Positions 11,641 through 23,002 of a DNA stretch of 64,000 nucleotides are shown here, piece after piece. The notes under the pieces were generated by a model, which was not told the DNA's origin, did no database searches, and saw only the letters and a program-made list of their open reading frames with translations. Made by a program: the position numbers and the translations under genes. The number at the start of each line of letters is the position of its first letter. Positions within the stretch are counted from its first letter, which is position 1. Source of the stretch: Hyaloraphidium curvatum SAG 235-1 (taxonomy: Eukaryota > Fungi > Monoblepharomycota); the NCBI GenBank assembly GCA_025558095.1, contig JAIVFI010000028.1:434001-498000 (forward strand). The letters are read 5' to 3'.

Positions 11641-12595
11641 ATGATTCTCTTCGGCAGCTCTTCCCGCACCGACTCCTCCAACCCGGCCGATGCTAGCGCC
11701 ACCAACCTGCACCCCGCCGCGGCCGCCGTCGACCTGTCCAAGGTCAGCCGCCTCGTGCTCAAGGAGAAGCCGGACTGGACCGAGGCCCGCATCGACGCGG
11801 CCGTGGCCGAGTACCGCCGGTTCGCCACGCTCGCGGCCGCGGGCGTGCCGATGCCGCCCTGCCTCGACGTGGACGAGATCTGGTGCGTCGCCTTGCATCG
11901 ATCTGCCCCGACATTGTCATAACTCCTCCGTTGACAGGCACGCCCACATCCTCCACACGATCGACTACGCCGCCTTCTCCGCGGCCCTCCTCGGCCCCGG
12001 ATCCTTCCTCCACCACATCCCTGCCGACCCCGAGGACACCCCCGCGGAGCAGCGCGAGGCTATGAAGGGCGGCTACGCCGCCGGCCTCGCCGCGTACAGG
12101 GAGCGGTTCGGCGCCGAGCCGCACGCGATCTGGGGCGCCGAGATGCCCGAGGAGGCCGACGCGAACTGCGCTCCGTGCCTGTACAAGGCCGAGGAGAGCG
12201 TCGTGCCAGCGCAGGATAGCCAGGCGGCCTTTTGCTTCCCGCCGCCCTGCTTCTCCAAGGCATCGCTCGCAGAGCCCGCCGAGCGCGGCGGGGCTCTCTG
12301 CCTTCCCATCAGGGCCGCCCCCGGCGGGGCCCTCTGCATCCCCAGGGATGCCGCGCGCGAGGCCTTCTGCATGCCAAAAAACGCTCCCCGCGACGCCTTC
12401 TGCATCCCCAAGACCGCCCCCCGCGACGCCTTCTGCATCCCTAAGGCCGCCTCGCGCGACGCCTTCTGCATCCCGAAGGCCGCCTCGCGCGAGGCCTTCT
12501 GCATGCCGAAAACCGCCCCCCGCGATGCCTTCTGCATCCCAAAGGCCGCTTCCGGCCAGGCCTTCTGCATGAGCATCCACCCGGCACAGGCCTGA
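11641..12595 (+). CDS. GRDP/DUF1399-like His-motif domain fused to Cys-repeat tail, copy 1 (exons 11641-11882, 11938-12595)
   Basis: A phase-2 intron (11883-11937) lies in the Trp codon. Splicing gives VDEIWHAHILHTIDY..FLHHIP, and the tail has 11-aa AFC(I/M)PK repeats. TATA box at ~11552. Confidence 0.9.
12314..12577 (+). repeat. 8 x 33-nt coding tandem repeat (11-aa units such as TAPRDAFCIPK)
   Basis: Units: AAPGGALCIPR, DAAREAFCMPK, NAPRDAFCIPK, TAPRDAFCIPK, AASRDAFCIPK, AASREAFCMPK, TAPRDAFCIPK, AASGQAFCMSI. Confidence 0.95.
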
Positions 12596-12778
12596 TGCGC
12601 GCACTCGTTCTGCATTGCAGGCGCGCAGAGGGCGTGAGCCGGCGTCGCGCGCGGGGGGGGGGGATGAGGGGGAGGGAATCCGGGCAAAAGCTCGTGTATG
12701 TAGTGCGATTCCATTTCGATATCCAGTTGATCCAAAATCATTCTGTTTTCCGTACGCTGATCGGCGGACCGCGTGCCG

Positions 12779-13960
12779 TCAACGGTAGATCGGCGCGTAA
12801 AAGGTCCGCATCGAGTCCAAGTCGCCAAACACGGTGCAGATGAACCGCAGCACGTCATTCTCCAGCGAGAAAACCCCCTGGAACACGAAGATGGGGTTCT
12901 CCAGGACGATCGATGCCGCGGCGGCGGTCTCCCCCCGCGACTCGACCGCCTCTGCCAGGCTCCCGAACGTGCCGGCCGATCCCGCCAGCCCCCGCGGCAG
13001 CAGCGAGGATACGAACGCCAGCGACTGCGCGTCGGGCGGCGTGTCGAGCCTGGTCTGCAGCAGGGACAGCAGCGCGCCGGCGAAGCCGCGCCTCCCGACG
13101 GCCACGTCCGTGACCGCGGCCTCCCACCGCGAGAAAGGGCCGTGGATCCTCCGCAGCAGCCTCTCCAGCCCCTCGTCCTCCCACGTTTTCACGGCGATGC
13201 GGATGTGGTGCCGCGCATGCCGGAAGGCGGGGCTGTTGCGCGGCCGCGCGTCCACGTCGACGGAGAAGCCCGCCATCCCCGCCAGCCGCACCGCAAACAG
13301 GCACGCGGGGTCAAAGTCGTACGGGCTGAGCCGGTCCTCGGGCAGGTTGATCCGGACGTACTCCGCCGCCGGGTCCGGGTGCGCGGCGCCCGCGGGGTGG
13401 ACCGCCCGCACGAGGCCCGCGTCGAGGGCGGCCAGCAGCCGCGGCGTGTCCGAGAGGTAGACCTCGCACGGGCCACCTTCACCGCGCAGGGGGTGCCCGC
13501 GCATGTCCATGCCGTCGTCGTCGCGCTGTCCCCGCACGGAAAGGACGCGCTCGATGGGCGGCGTCTCGTCCGACGGCTCCTCCAGCGACTCGGCCAGCGC
13601 GTCCAGCCCGTAGAACAACGCATCGTCCCTCAGCATCGCCCTCTCCGGCGCTCCCGGCGGCGGCAGCGGCTCCCTCCCGGGCACGGAGTACCCCCTCAGC
13701 AGCGGGTCGACGTACTTCCGGAACAGCTCGGGGTCGCGGTCCAGGAGGAACGACGACGGAGGGGTGCGGCCGGCGTTCAGCGGGTGCGAGGGGGAGAAGT
13801 GCGGGGCGAAGATGCTGTCCGGGAAGGAGGCGAGGGTCCCGCGGAGGTAGGCGAACGAGGGGCCCTGCACGAAGCGGATCGAGACGGTGTCGGGTTCCCG
13901 CGACGGGGAGGGGGCGCGGGGCGCGGGCGCCGGGAGGCCGCCATCGGCGTCGATTTCCAT
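12779..13960 (-). CDS. BTB/POZ (KCTD-type) domain protein
   Basis: RGTLASFPDSIF...FLLDRDPELFRKYV..LLRG...DDALFYGLDAL. Confidence 0.8.
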   Translation of the reverse strand: MEIDADGGLPAPAPRAPSPSREPDTVSIRFVQGPSFAYLRGTLASFPDSIFAPHFSPSHPLNAGRTPPSSFLLDRDPELFRKYVDPLLRGYSVPGREPLPPPGAPERAMLRDDALFYGLDALAESLEEPSDETPPIERVLSVRGQRDDDGMDMRGHPLRGEGGPCEVYLSDTPRLLAALDAGLVRAVHPAGAAHPDPAAEYVRINLPEDRLSPYDFDPACLFAVRLAGMAGFSVDVDARPRNSPAFRHARHHIRIAVKTWEDEGLERLLRRIHGPFSRWEAAVTDVAVGRRGFAGALLSLLQTRLDTPPDAQSLAFVSSLLPRGLAGSAGTFGSLAEAVESRGETAAAASIVLENPIFVFQGVFSLENDVLRFICTVFGDLDSMRTFYAPIYR

Positions 13961-14622
13961 GGTCGGGGCGCGGAACCCCGATGGCGTTGAGGTTTGGGTC
14001 GGCGGATCCTCGACGCCGTCCCGGTGGCGAAGGCCGCGCCCAACGGCACCGTCCGCCGTCGCACATCCGGGGGAAGATGATCAAGGCTGGCCGGGATGAA
14101 CAAAGTGCAGGAAACATGACAGCGCATGAAAGCCCATGTATCAAGAACAGCGTTCTCGTCTCTGGTGGACGGGCATCGGACTGGAAGGAGGCTGCCTGTT
14201 CCCTTCCGGCTACGGGCGAACCGAAACCCTCCAGAGAGGCGAAATCGAGTCAGTAGCTAAAGAGCCAAAGAGCTGCCGATCCATCTATTGTTGGTTGCGC
14301 GGTGGACCGCGGAGGACGGGAATCGCCTTGGCCACCGGGCAGGCGAGTCACCGGTGCCGGGCGGCCATCCATCCAAGGCTTCGCCCGCATCCCGGTCCCT
14401 CCGCCGAGCATTCCTCCGAAGTTATTCCCCGACCCATGAACACCGCTTTCCAGCCGTGCGGACCCACATCCGCAGGTAGGCTTCCCCCGATGGCCGTGTG
14501 CAGCTGGATCCTGGGCGCGGGCTGGTGAAGACAGATAGTGTCGGGGGTTGCCGGTGCCGCGTGACCGCTGCTCCCGGCACATGCGGCCCGAGCTGGCGGC
14601 GCCGCGCTCGGGGTCCGCCGCG

Positions 14623-16501
14623 ATGGACGTGCTCGCGCCGCCCGCCGCGGCGCTCGTGTCGCACCTTGCCGCGGCGCTGCCCGGCGTGTACTCCGCGCCG
14701 ACGGCCGACTCGGAGGCGACGGTCGGCGGCGCGCCCGACGCGGCGGCGCTGCTGCGCGAGTGCCTGCAGTCGCACTCGTTCTTCGCGCGCGTGGCCGCGC
14801 TGGCCGACCGCGTGCCGCTGCCGGACCTCGCGCTGCCCGCACGCCACCACACGATCGACGACCTGTTTGCGCCGCAGCCCGGCGGGCCGGCGGACCCGGC
14901 GGTGATCGACGCGGCGCTGGCGCAGCGGCTGGCGAACCTCAGCTGGCGCGCAATGGTGCTGGCCCGGGATGCGCTGCCCAGCCCAAAGGACGACCCGCTG
15001 GCGGACCACATGCTGGAGCTCGACGCCCCCTTCCTGCATCCGGAGCTGGCCCTGCTGCAGGGCTACCGGCCAGACCTCAACCCGATCCTGTCGGACGACG
15101 AGGGCCGCGAGGAGGACGAGGACGAGGGCAGCGACACCCCGACCGCCAGCAGGCCGGGCAGCTTCCAGCTCGCCAGCCCGCCCTCCTTCGGCGGGGGCGA
15201 GTTCTTCCCCACCATCGACCAGCTGGCCCTGCACGACCTGCTCTTTCCCGGCGGGCTGCCCGCCGCGGTGCCGATGCGCATGGCGGCGTCGCTGCCCGCG
15301 CACGGGTTCGCCCCGCAGGCGTTCGAGGCCGGCGCGGGCTTCCCCCTCCAAGGACTGCACTTCCCCGACTTTCAGCTCGCCAGCATCCACGAGCAGCCGC
15401 CACCTCTGGCCCCGGCGGACGACATGTTCGCCAAGAAGCCCACGCGGAGGGTCTCCCCGCCCCGGCCGGCGGACGACTCCCCCCGCCCCGCATCCCCGCG
15501 CAAACCCGCGCGCCGGTCCTCCGCCCGCGCCGATCCCGTGCCCCCGCAGCGGCCCGCATCCGCGCTGTCGAGGGCCGCCAAGGCGCAGGCACAGGCGCAG
15601 CCCAAGCAGGGCAAGTACAACACCATACCCGCCGTGGCCATCGCGCTGTGCAGCAACTGCGGCACCGAGAACTCGAGCCTGTGGCGGCGGAACCCCGCGG
15701 ATGGGGAGCCGCTGTGCAACGGTAATGCGCGTTCTGCGGAATGCGCGGTTCGCATGCTGACATCCCTGCGTCCGCTTTTCAGCCTGCGGCCTCTTCCTCA
15801 AGCTCCACGGCACCATGCGGCCCGTCTCCATGAAGACCGACGTCATCAAGAAGCGCAAGCGCGGCGGCGCAGCCTCCTCCCCCTCCTCGTCCAGCTCCCG
15901 CCGCCGCGCACCCAGCAGCCACGGCAAGCACACCCCACCCCCGGAACCCCCCGAGAGCCCCTCCCGGCGGAACCGCCCCCCGCGCCCGCGGCGCCGGCCC
16001 TCTGCCGACCCGTCCCCGCCCCCGATCGCGATGCACCACCCCGCCCCTCGCCGCCCGGACATCTTCTCCTCCTCCTCGGCCCCCACGCTGTCCCACCTCG
16101 CCATGCGGCTCTCGGCCGACGACCTCGCGCGGCACACCTCGGCCTCCCCGCTGCCTTCGTCCCCCGCATCCCCGTGGCCGCCGTTCGCACCCTCCCCCCT
16201 CTCGTCGTCCTTCTCCGGGAACGACGAGTTCCCGGGGGGCATCGACATCCCCCGCGCCTTGTCCGCCAAACGCGCACGCACCCCCGACGACGACGAGGAC
16301 CTCGAACTCCTCGCGGACGTCGACGGCACCGCGCCCACGCACGCCGACCCCCCCTCCCTCTCCGCGACCCCGGACTTCCGCGTGCCGCAGATGGACCCCG
16401 ACGCGCTGTACCGCCACCTGGGGAAGCTGATCGAGGCCGGGCGGAGGGAGGCGGAGGCGCGCGGCGGGGCGGGGGAGGCGGAGGAGGCGTGGGAGGAGTG
16501 A
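14623..16501 (+). CDS. AreA/Gat1-like GATA transcription factor (intron 15722-15782; alternative ATG at 14581)
   Basis: Spliced finger [51 protein letters not shown]. The N-terminal [10 protein letters not shown] resembles the DUF1752 motif of AreA. Confidence 0.9.
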
Positions 16502-17035
16502 CGGATCCACAAATGTAGGGGTTGGAGCTGCCGGTTGGGCATTGGATTACCCGGATTTGCGGATGTACAGGATAGAGAAGAGACTAGACGATTGGTTCTG
16601 CTGTGCGCGATGCATCGTTCGGCTGGTTTGGACGGTCTTGTGCATCCGACTTCGTTGACTCACCGAGACCATTTGAGGAGTTCGAGGTTCCTCGTCGTCG
16701 GACTGACGGTGCGCCGGACCGTCGCCAGAGATTTGATGCCCGACCACAGGCTTCCGCGACGGTGAGAAGTCGAGGACCCGCTCGGCGGTCGATTGGCCGT
16801 GATCAAAAGTGGCGTGGCGTCGATTGATCTCGATCGGGGGTCTGGTCGGCCCGGCGGCGGGCGGGTCAAAGACTGTCCCTATCGACCCTCGATCCAAGTC
16901 ACCCCAGGCTCCCGTGACTGCCGTCCGGGACCGTCGAACACCGCAGCGGGCGACGCAGACGCCCGCTTGCTCCCCTCCCGAGCCTTCCCCGACCGAACCC
17001 ACCGAGCGGAGGGCGAACCCGGACGCTCCCGAACG

Positions 17036-18283
17036 ATGGCCAACACCACATCCAGCGCCGTCGTCGGCGCCATGGCCGGCATGCCGGCGCACCTCCTCGG
17101 GGACTCGCTGTGGGCCCGCATCGGCCGCGGCTTCCTGAACTTCACCAAGCCGGTGTTCGAGAAGCTCGGCGGGGTCGGCACCCACACCGCCTTCACCTTT
17201 GCCGTCTTCTGGACGAGCTACATCGCCATGTACAACTTCTACACCGCCGTGGACAAGCACAACCTCTGGGGCCTGCAGAAGTACAAGATCCACCCGGGCA
17301 AGATGGAGCCCCAGGAGCTCAACGACAAGGTCGTCGACGGGATGAAGAGCGGCTTCTGGAAGGGGGTGGGTACCTATCGGCCGCTGATCCGGGGTACCGG
17401 CTGACGGGAAATCGCCAGGCCGTGCGCATGGCGGCCGCCTACGGCGTTTTCTTCAGCTTCGGCCGCCAGCCCGTCTTCTCGTTCCCCAAGTCGCCCCTCT
17501 CGCTGCTCGGCAACCTCGTCATCGGCTACTTCATCTTCGACTTCGGCTTTTACTGGTGCGTTTTGCCCGACCTCGGTGGTGGCCGTGGTCTGACGGCGCC
17601 CGCCTCGTCTTAGGCTTCACCGCATGGAACACCTGCCCTACTTCTACAAGACCTGGCACAAGCAGCACCGTGGGTTCATCCGCGGCCCCCTTCCGCCTTG
17701 TTCTGACCGCGACGGCAGACGAGTTCAAGCTGACCAACCGCGGCGCCACCTCCTGGAACGACATGCGCGAGTCCTTCGGCATCATGGTCCTCAACGACCT
17801 CACGGCCATGGTCCTCAAGTTCGACCTGTTCACCTGGCTCTGCTGGACCGTGCTGGCCAACTACCTCGACTTCCACATCCACTGCGGTGCGTGGGCGCCC
17901 GGTCTGCGGGGCTTGTGTGGTGCTGATGGATCGTGTCATTCAGGCTACAAGTTCCCGTGGAACCCCTTCAACCTGATTGAGGACCCTCTCGTTCACGATT
18001 TCCACGTAAGTTCCTGTGCGCGGCATGCAGATCGAGTGGTCTGACGGGTCTTCCCCCCTCCGATCCCCTTTCCCACTCCGCCGCATCCGCCCACCAGCAC
18101 TACCGCAACGTCGGAAACTACGCCCTCACGCACTGGGACATGCTCTTCGGGACCAACAAGCCCTACCTGGAGTGGCAGAAGCGGCAAGCCGAGCGCAAGG
18201 CAAAGGGCCTCGAGGAGGAGGCCGAGCGGCGGGACGACCCGGACGAGGCCGAGGACGAGGCGGTGGCGGCCAAGGCGGAGTGA
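17036..18283 (+). CDS. Fatty acid hydroxylase / sterol desaturase family protein (multi-intron)
   Basis: His boxes HRMEH, WHKQHH, HIH..GY and HDFHH after splicing, plus LQKYKI and WDMLFGT. Confidence 0.88.
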
Positions 18284-18755
18284 TGGAGGCGGTGTTGGGG
18301 CGGGCTCGCTGGACGTTCAAGGTTGACGTTCCCGGGTGTATGCGATGAGCGAAGATCATTTGCTATTGAATCTGCCGAGGTGGCGCGGATCAGGTCCAGA
18401 TGGCGCAGGGCAGCAGCAGCATCCGCTTGCCGACGAATGCACGAGCGACTCGATACAAGCACCGTCGTTCTAGAGGTGCTGACAGCCTTTAGTTAGGGAC
18501 CGCGGTGACTCGGAGGTGCCTGAGGGATGCCTGAAAGCCAAACCAAGGGCGCGTGACGCAGTCACCACAAACGTTCCAGAATTCTCGAGCCCCGCAGCCC
18601 AACAGGGCCGGCACACCGGACAAACGGTGTCCGCTTTCTTTACATTGAAGCCCGCCGAGCTCTCGGGCGGCGCCCGAGGTCTCCGACGTGCGCGGGGCAC
18701 CGCCGGCGTTGGTCCAAACATCCCGCGTCAACACCGACTGAAGCAAACTCCGGGG

Positions 18756-20034
18756 ATGTCCCGGACGGACGAGGCCGAGCTCCCGCCCTTGCCGACCCTC
18801 GATGAGGCGCGCGCGGGGCCTTTTGCGGCCGGCGAGGGCCGGGGCGCGCAGTTGTTGGAGCATGTGAACCTCTCGGTGGCGCTCGAGCCCGAGATGGTCC
18901 ACCAGGCGCGGCTGTTCTACGGGAAAGGCCTCGGCTGCAGACGCAACTGGACACCGCAGGCAGTCTTCGAAAGGCACGAGTCCTGGGGATTCTGGGTCGA
19001 CGGTGCGTCTTCCTGCGAGGATCAACCGGGTGTTCGTCGCTCACGTTGCCCGTTCCCCAGCTGGCTTCCAACAGTTCCATGTGCCCGTGATCCCGACGAA
19101 CTGGTGCACCAACGTCGATGCCGCTCCCCCCTCGCCCCAGCTGCTCGCCGGGACGGTCGTCATCGGCGTTGTTTCGCTGGACCGACTCGCTGCCGACCTC
19201 GCCGCCCTGCAAAGCGACCTCCGCGGGACGCTCTTTGAGTTCTCGGACGAGAGTGACATCGGCCAGATCCGGATCCGCTGCCCGTTCGGCAACCGGCTTT
19301 TGGCGAGGCAAGCAAGGCCCGTCGGGACCGCCGGCGACGGATCGGACGCCACCCGGGCGTACTGGTTGAACGCGGACCGCGACACCCCCGGGCTCCCGTG
19401 CCACCGTCTGCCCCCGCCGGCCGAGAACCGCGCCATGGAGGAGCTCTACTGGCCCGAGACAGAGAACACGGTTTCGATCATTGGCCTCGAGCTGCCCTGC
19501 CTCCCCGAAGCGATCCCCTCGCTCGCGGCGTACTGGCGCACCATGGCCCCGTGCAACGTGTCGGAAGACGGTCGGGAGCTGCGAGTGACCATCGGCACGG
19601 ACCAGAGCATCGTGTTCCGCGCGGACGAGAACTACGAGGGCGCGCCGCCCAGAAACCGCAACAACCCGCACATCTGCCTGTACCTCCCCGACCCGCTCTT
19701 CCGCGATACCTGGGAGATGCTCCGCGACAGGGGGCTCTTGTACCACTCGCACAAGCGCTACGCGACCGAGTGCCTCCCGCAGACCTGGGACCAGGTTGAG
19801 AAGACCGGGCAGTACAGGATCAGGGACGTGCCGGCGTCCATGGAGACCGGGGTCGGGACGGTCTACGAGCTCGAGATCGAGGTCAGGGGGATGAACCACA
19901 GGCTGTGTCCCTACGTGGAGCACGTCGTGGAGCATGTGCGGAAGCCGAGGATCGTGACCGAGAGGCGGGTCGACGAGGGCGTCGTCGTCGACCTCTCGCC
20001 CACTTCGAGCACTTCGTCTTCCGTTTCGACGTGA
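18756..20034 (+). CDS. Divergent VOC/glyoxalase-like protein (intron 19003-19060)
   Basis: LLEHVNL...FYGKGLG...FWVD/AGFQQFHVP, RCPFGN, PHICLY, QYRIRD and ELEIEVRGMNH. Confidence 0.65.
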
Positions 20035-20191
20035 TCGTGCCTTGATGGTCCGCTGTACATACTGTGAATATCTGCTTGGGATCTAGCGGTAGAGGCCCTC
20101 TTGCGGGGATACCAGGGACATAGATATCTTGCTCGCTCTAGTCGCTGCAGCCCATCGCCGTACAACCGTGACGCCTGTCCGCCGATCGAAT

Positions 20192-21689
20192 TCACATCCC
20201 GATCGTCCCCCCGACCCCGAGCTTCACCCTCAGGATGTGGAAGGGCGCGAACTCCTTGTAGTCCAGGCCCGCCATGTCGTACTGCAGGCACGAGCACGAG
20301 ATGTAGAGGTGGTTGCCCGGGCCGAACGAGAAGCCGTCGGGCCAGCGGAGGAGCTCCGGCGAGCGCAGGAGGACGTACGGCTTGCGCTCGCCGCGGGTGG
20401 GGTAGACGTTGACCGCCGAGTTGACAAAGTCGCTCACTGGAGAACGGGCGCGGATGAGGCCGCGCAACAGCGGAGGCTCGGTCAGGGCCCACCAAAGACG
20501 TTGTCGTCGACGTCCGTCGTCAGCCCGTCGCTGCTCGTCTTCTTGGACGTCACCACGTTCACCGCGGCAGCCACCTCGTCGTTCGTGTTTGTGCCTTCGC
20601 GGACGCCGCGGAGCGCAGCGGTCGGCACCGAGTAGAGGGAGGTGTCAGCGACAGCGGAGTAGAAGAGCGTGCGGCCGTCCGTGGAGAGGGCGATCGAATC
20701 GACCGCCGGCCGGACCTATGTTGGTCGCGATGAGGATCGGAATAGCCAAAAGCAGGCCACGGGGCGAACCTTGAGCAGGCCGCCAAACAGCTGCAGGGTC
20801 TTGTTTGCCGTCGGCCCGTCCTTAAGCGCCAGCACCACGTTCAGGGCGTCGAGCGACGGGTGGGAGTGCAGCGCCACCGCCGCTTTCCTCTCCACCGTGT
20901 CCAGGACGATCAAAGCGGGGCGGCCGCGGAGCACCGAGGTGTCGGCGATGTAGATGTGGCGGCCGTCGGGCGAGATGACGAAGTCGTTGAGCATGGAGCT
21001 GGGGCCGGCTTCAGAACTCGTGAACGCGGAAGTTCTGGCAAGTGGAACCCACCCGAATCCCGCGATCCACTTGAACTCGAAGCGCCATTTGACGCTCGCC
21101 GTGGCCGTGTCCAACGCGACCATCGACGGCGTGCCCGACACGCCAAAGTCGGCGTAGTCCAGCGCGTACAGGGTGCCGTCCCGCTCGCGGACCGAGAGGA
21201 CGCTGGAAAAGATCGACTGGTCTTGAGGGAAGGGCACCCAGCGCGCGTCCGCGGGCAGCCATTCCGCGACCTTGACGGGGAAGCGGTACTGCGGGTGGAA
21301 GGTCTGGGATATAGGCGCGCCCGTTACTCGTTTCTCGGGGAGATGAGGCCGAGGACACGCACGAAGAACACGCGTCCCGCCTTGTCGACGGCGAGGTTCC
21401 CCGGCGGCGACGGGAGCGTCGCGACGACCTCGATCGCCGACTCCGGCAGCAGCGGCGCGCCCATCTGCGGGAAGTAGTCCGGAAACGGGGCGCCTCCGAC
21501 GCCCCCGTTGCTGTACACCAGCCAAGCGACGAGGGAGGCCGCGGCCGCTGCCACGGCACCGAGCGCCCAGCCGAGGACGCGCAGCACGGAGAACCCGCCC
21601 GACTTGGGCGGCGCCGCATCGCGGGCGCGCGATTGCGGCGCGGGAGGGGCGGCGGAGCCCGCCGCGGCCCGTTTGCGGAGCTCCGACAT
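20192..21689 (-). CDS. Major royal jelly protein/yellow-like beta-propeller with N-terminal membrane anchor (multi-intron)
   Basis: PPGNLAVDKAGRVFF, LYALDY, MLNDFVISPDGRHIYIADTS, VDSIALS, TTDGLTTD and LRWPDGFSFG. Confidence 0.8.
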
Positions 21690-21808
21690 GTCGCCGCGGC
21701 CGACGCGTCTGCCAAGCCGGGCGATAGAACTCTTTCCGCACATCACGGGGACAACTCGGCAAAAGGCTCATTCTCTCGCCGCGAGATCCATTAGACCCGC
21801 ACGCCAGT

Positions 21809-22828
21809 ATGTTCCGCGCTGCGGCGGCACCGAAGCGCGTCCTCGCGAAGTGTCTCCCCGTCCCGGTTCCACGCTTCGAACGCATTCGCCACTTCTCCGC
21901 GAGCGACCGCCCCGCCGTATCCCGCTTCTTCCACATCAACGTCACCGTGTCCAATATGGACCGCGCCGTATCCTTCTACTCCTCCCTCGGCTTCCGCAAG
22001 ACGGAGCTCGTCGCCCCCTCCGGCGCCTCCATCGCCCCGCACCTCGGCATCGACGTCCGCGCGCTCAAGGCATGCATCATGCTCCCCGCCGCCGCCGACG
22101 GCCCGATGCTGGACCTCGTCGAGTTCGTGGACCCGCCGGCGGGGGAAGGACCGTACCCGCACGCGGGGCACATCGGGGCGAGCAGGGTATGCCTGGAGAC
22201 GTGGGACCTGGATGCTGCAATGGGACTGCTCAAGAAGGAGGGCGCCAAGTTCGCGGGGCCGGACGTCACCTACGCGACGCCGCTGGGGGAGCACAAGCGG
22301 ACCGCGATGTTCTTCGATCCGGAAGGGACGATGCTGCAGTTCATCGCGCCAGTGGATGCCCAGCGGGCGGATGGACGCGCGCGGCGGTTCTACCACCTGA
22401 ACCTCAACGTGGCGGAAATGGACAGGTCCGTCGAATTCTACCGTGCGCTCGGGTTCGAGGTCCTGGGCGACATCGAGGTGGAGAACGAAGCGTTGGGGGT
22501 GCCGATGGGGATCAAGGCGCGGAAGTTGCGGGCCGCCTTCCTCAGGATCAGGGGAGACGACGGGGGCATGATCCTGGACCTCGTCCGCTTCGCCCCACCA
22601 TGGATTACCGAGCCGTACCGGCAAGCAAACAGCCTGGGCATATCGAGGTTTGCGCTCTGGGCTCCGGACATTGGAAGGGCGCTGGAGGTCGCGGAGGGAG
22701 CGGGCGGCAGGACGGTCGCGGACCCATTCAGGTTTCCCGGCCCCGGTGGGCAGTTGACGGACACGGTGATGGTGCGCGATCCGGACGGAATCTTTGTGCA
22801 GTTCTTCGCGGCGGCGTCGGATGCTTGA
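21809..22828 (+). CDS. Tandem two-domain VOC (glyoxalase/bleomycin resistance) protein with mitochondrial-like presequence, intronless
   Basis: Duplicated FHINVTVSNMDRAVSFYSSLGF / YHLNLNVAEMDRSVEFYRALGF and FFDPEGTMLQF / VRDPDGIFVQF. Confidence 0.9.
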   Translation: MFRAAAAPKRVLAKCLPVPVPRFERIRHFSASDRPAVSRFFHINVTVSNMDRAVSFYSSLGFRKTELVAPSGASIAPHLGIDVRALKACIMLPAAADGPMLDLVEFVDPPAGEGPYPHAGHIGASRVCLETWDLDAAMGLLKKEGAKFAGPDVTYATPLGEHKRTAMFFDPEGTMLQFIAPVDAQRADGRARRFYHLNLNVAEMDRSVEFYRALGFEVLGDIEVENEALGVPMGIKARKLRAAFLRIRGDDGGMILDLVRFAPPWITEPYRQANSLGISRFALWAPDIGRALEVAEGAGGRTVADPFRFPGPGGQLTDTVMVRDPDGIFVQFFAAASDA

Positions 22829-23002
22829 GTTCGTTGCTGCCGTGCCAATGCGTTGAGGCTTCTCTTGTGTGCGGCTCCACGGACTGGGGAAAGCAGCGGT
22901 TCGCGAAAGAAGTGAATGACACAGTATTCATTGTATCGACTGGATATTGATGGAATCAAGAACATCACAATTCGAAGCTCAGGCCTGCATCACATTCGAA
23001 GC

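Noticed and set aside
12314-12577. 33-nt periodic repeat resembling a CRISPR array
   Set aside because: The units are contiguous, in frame and coding, with no unique spacers. The context is eukaryotic and there are no cas genes.
11641-12595. Dikaritin/KEP-type secreted repeat precursor
   Set aside because: There is no signal peptide, no KR/RR Kex2 sites between repeats, and no UstY/DUF3328 gene in the window.
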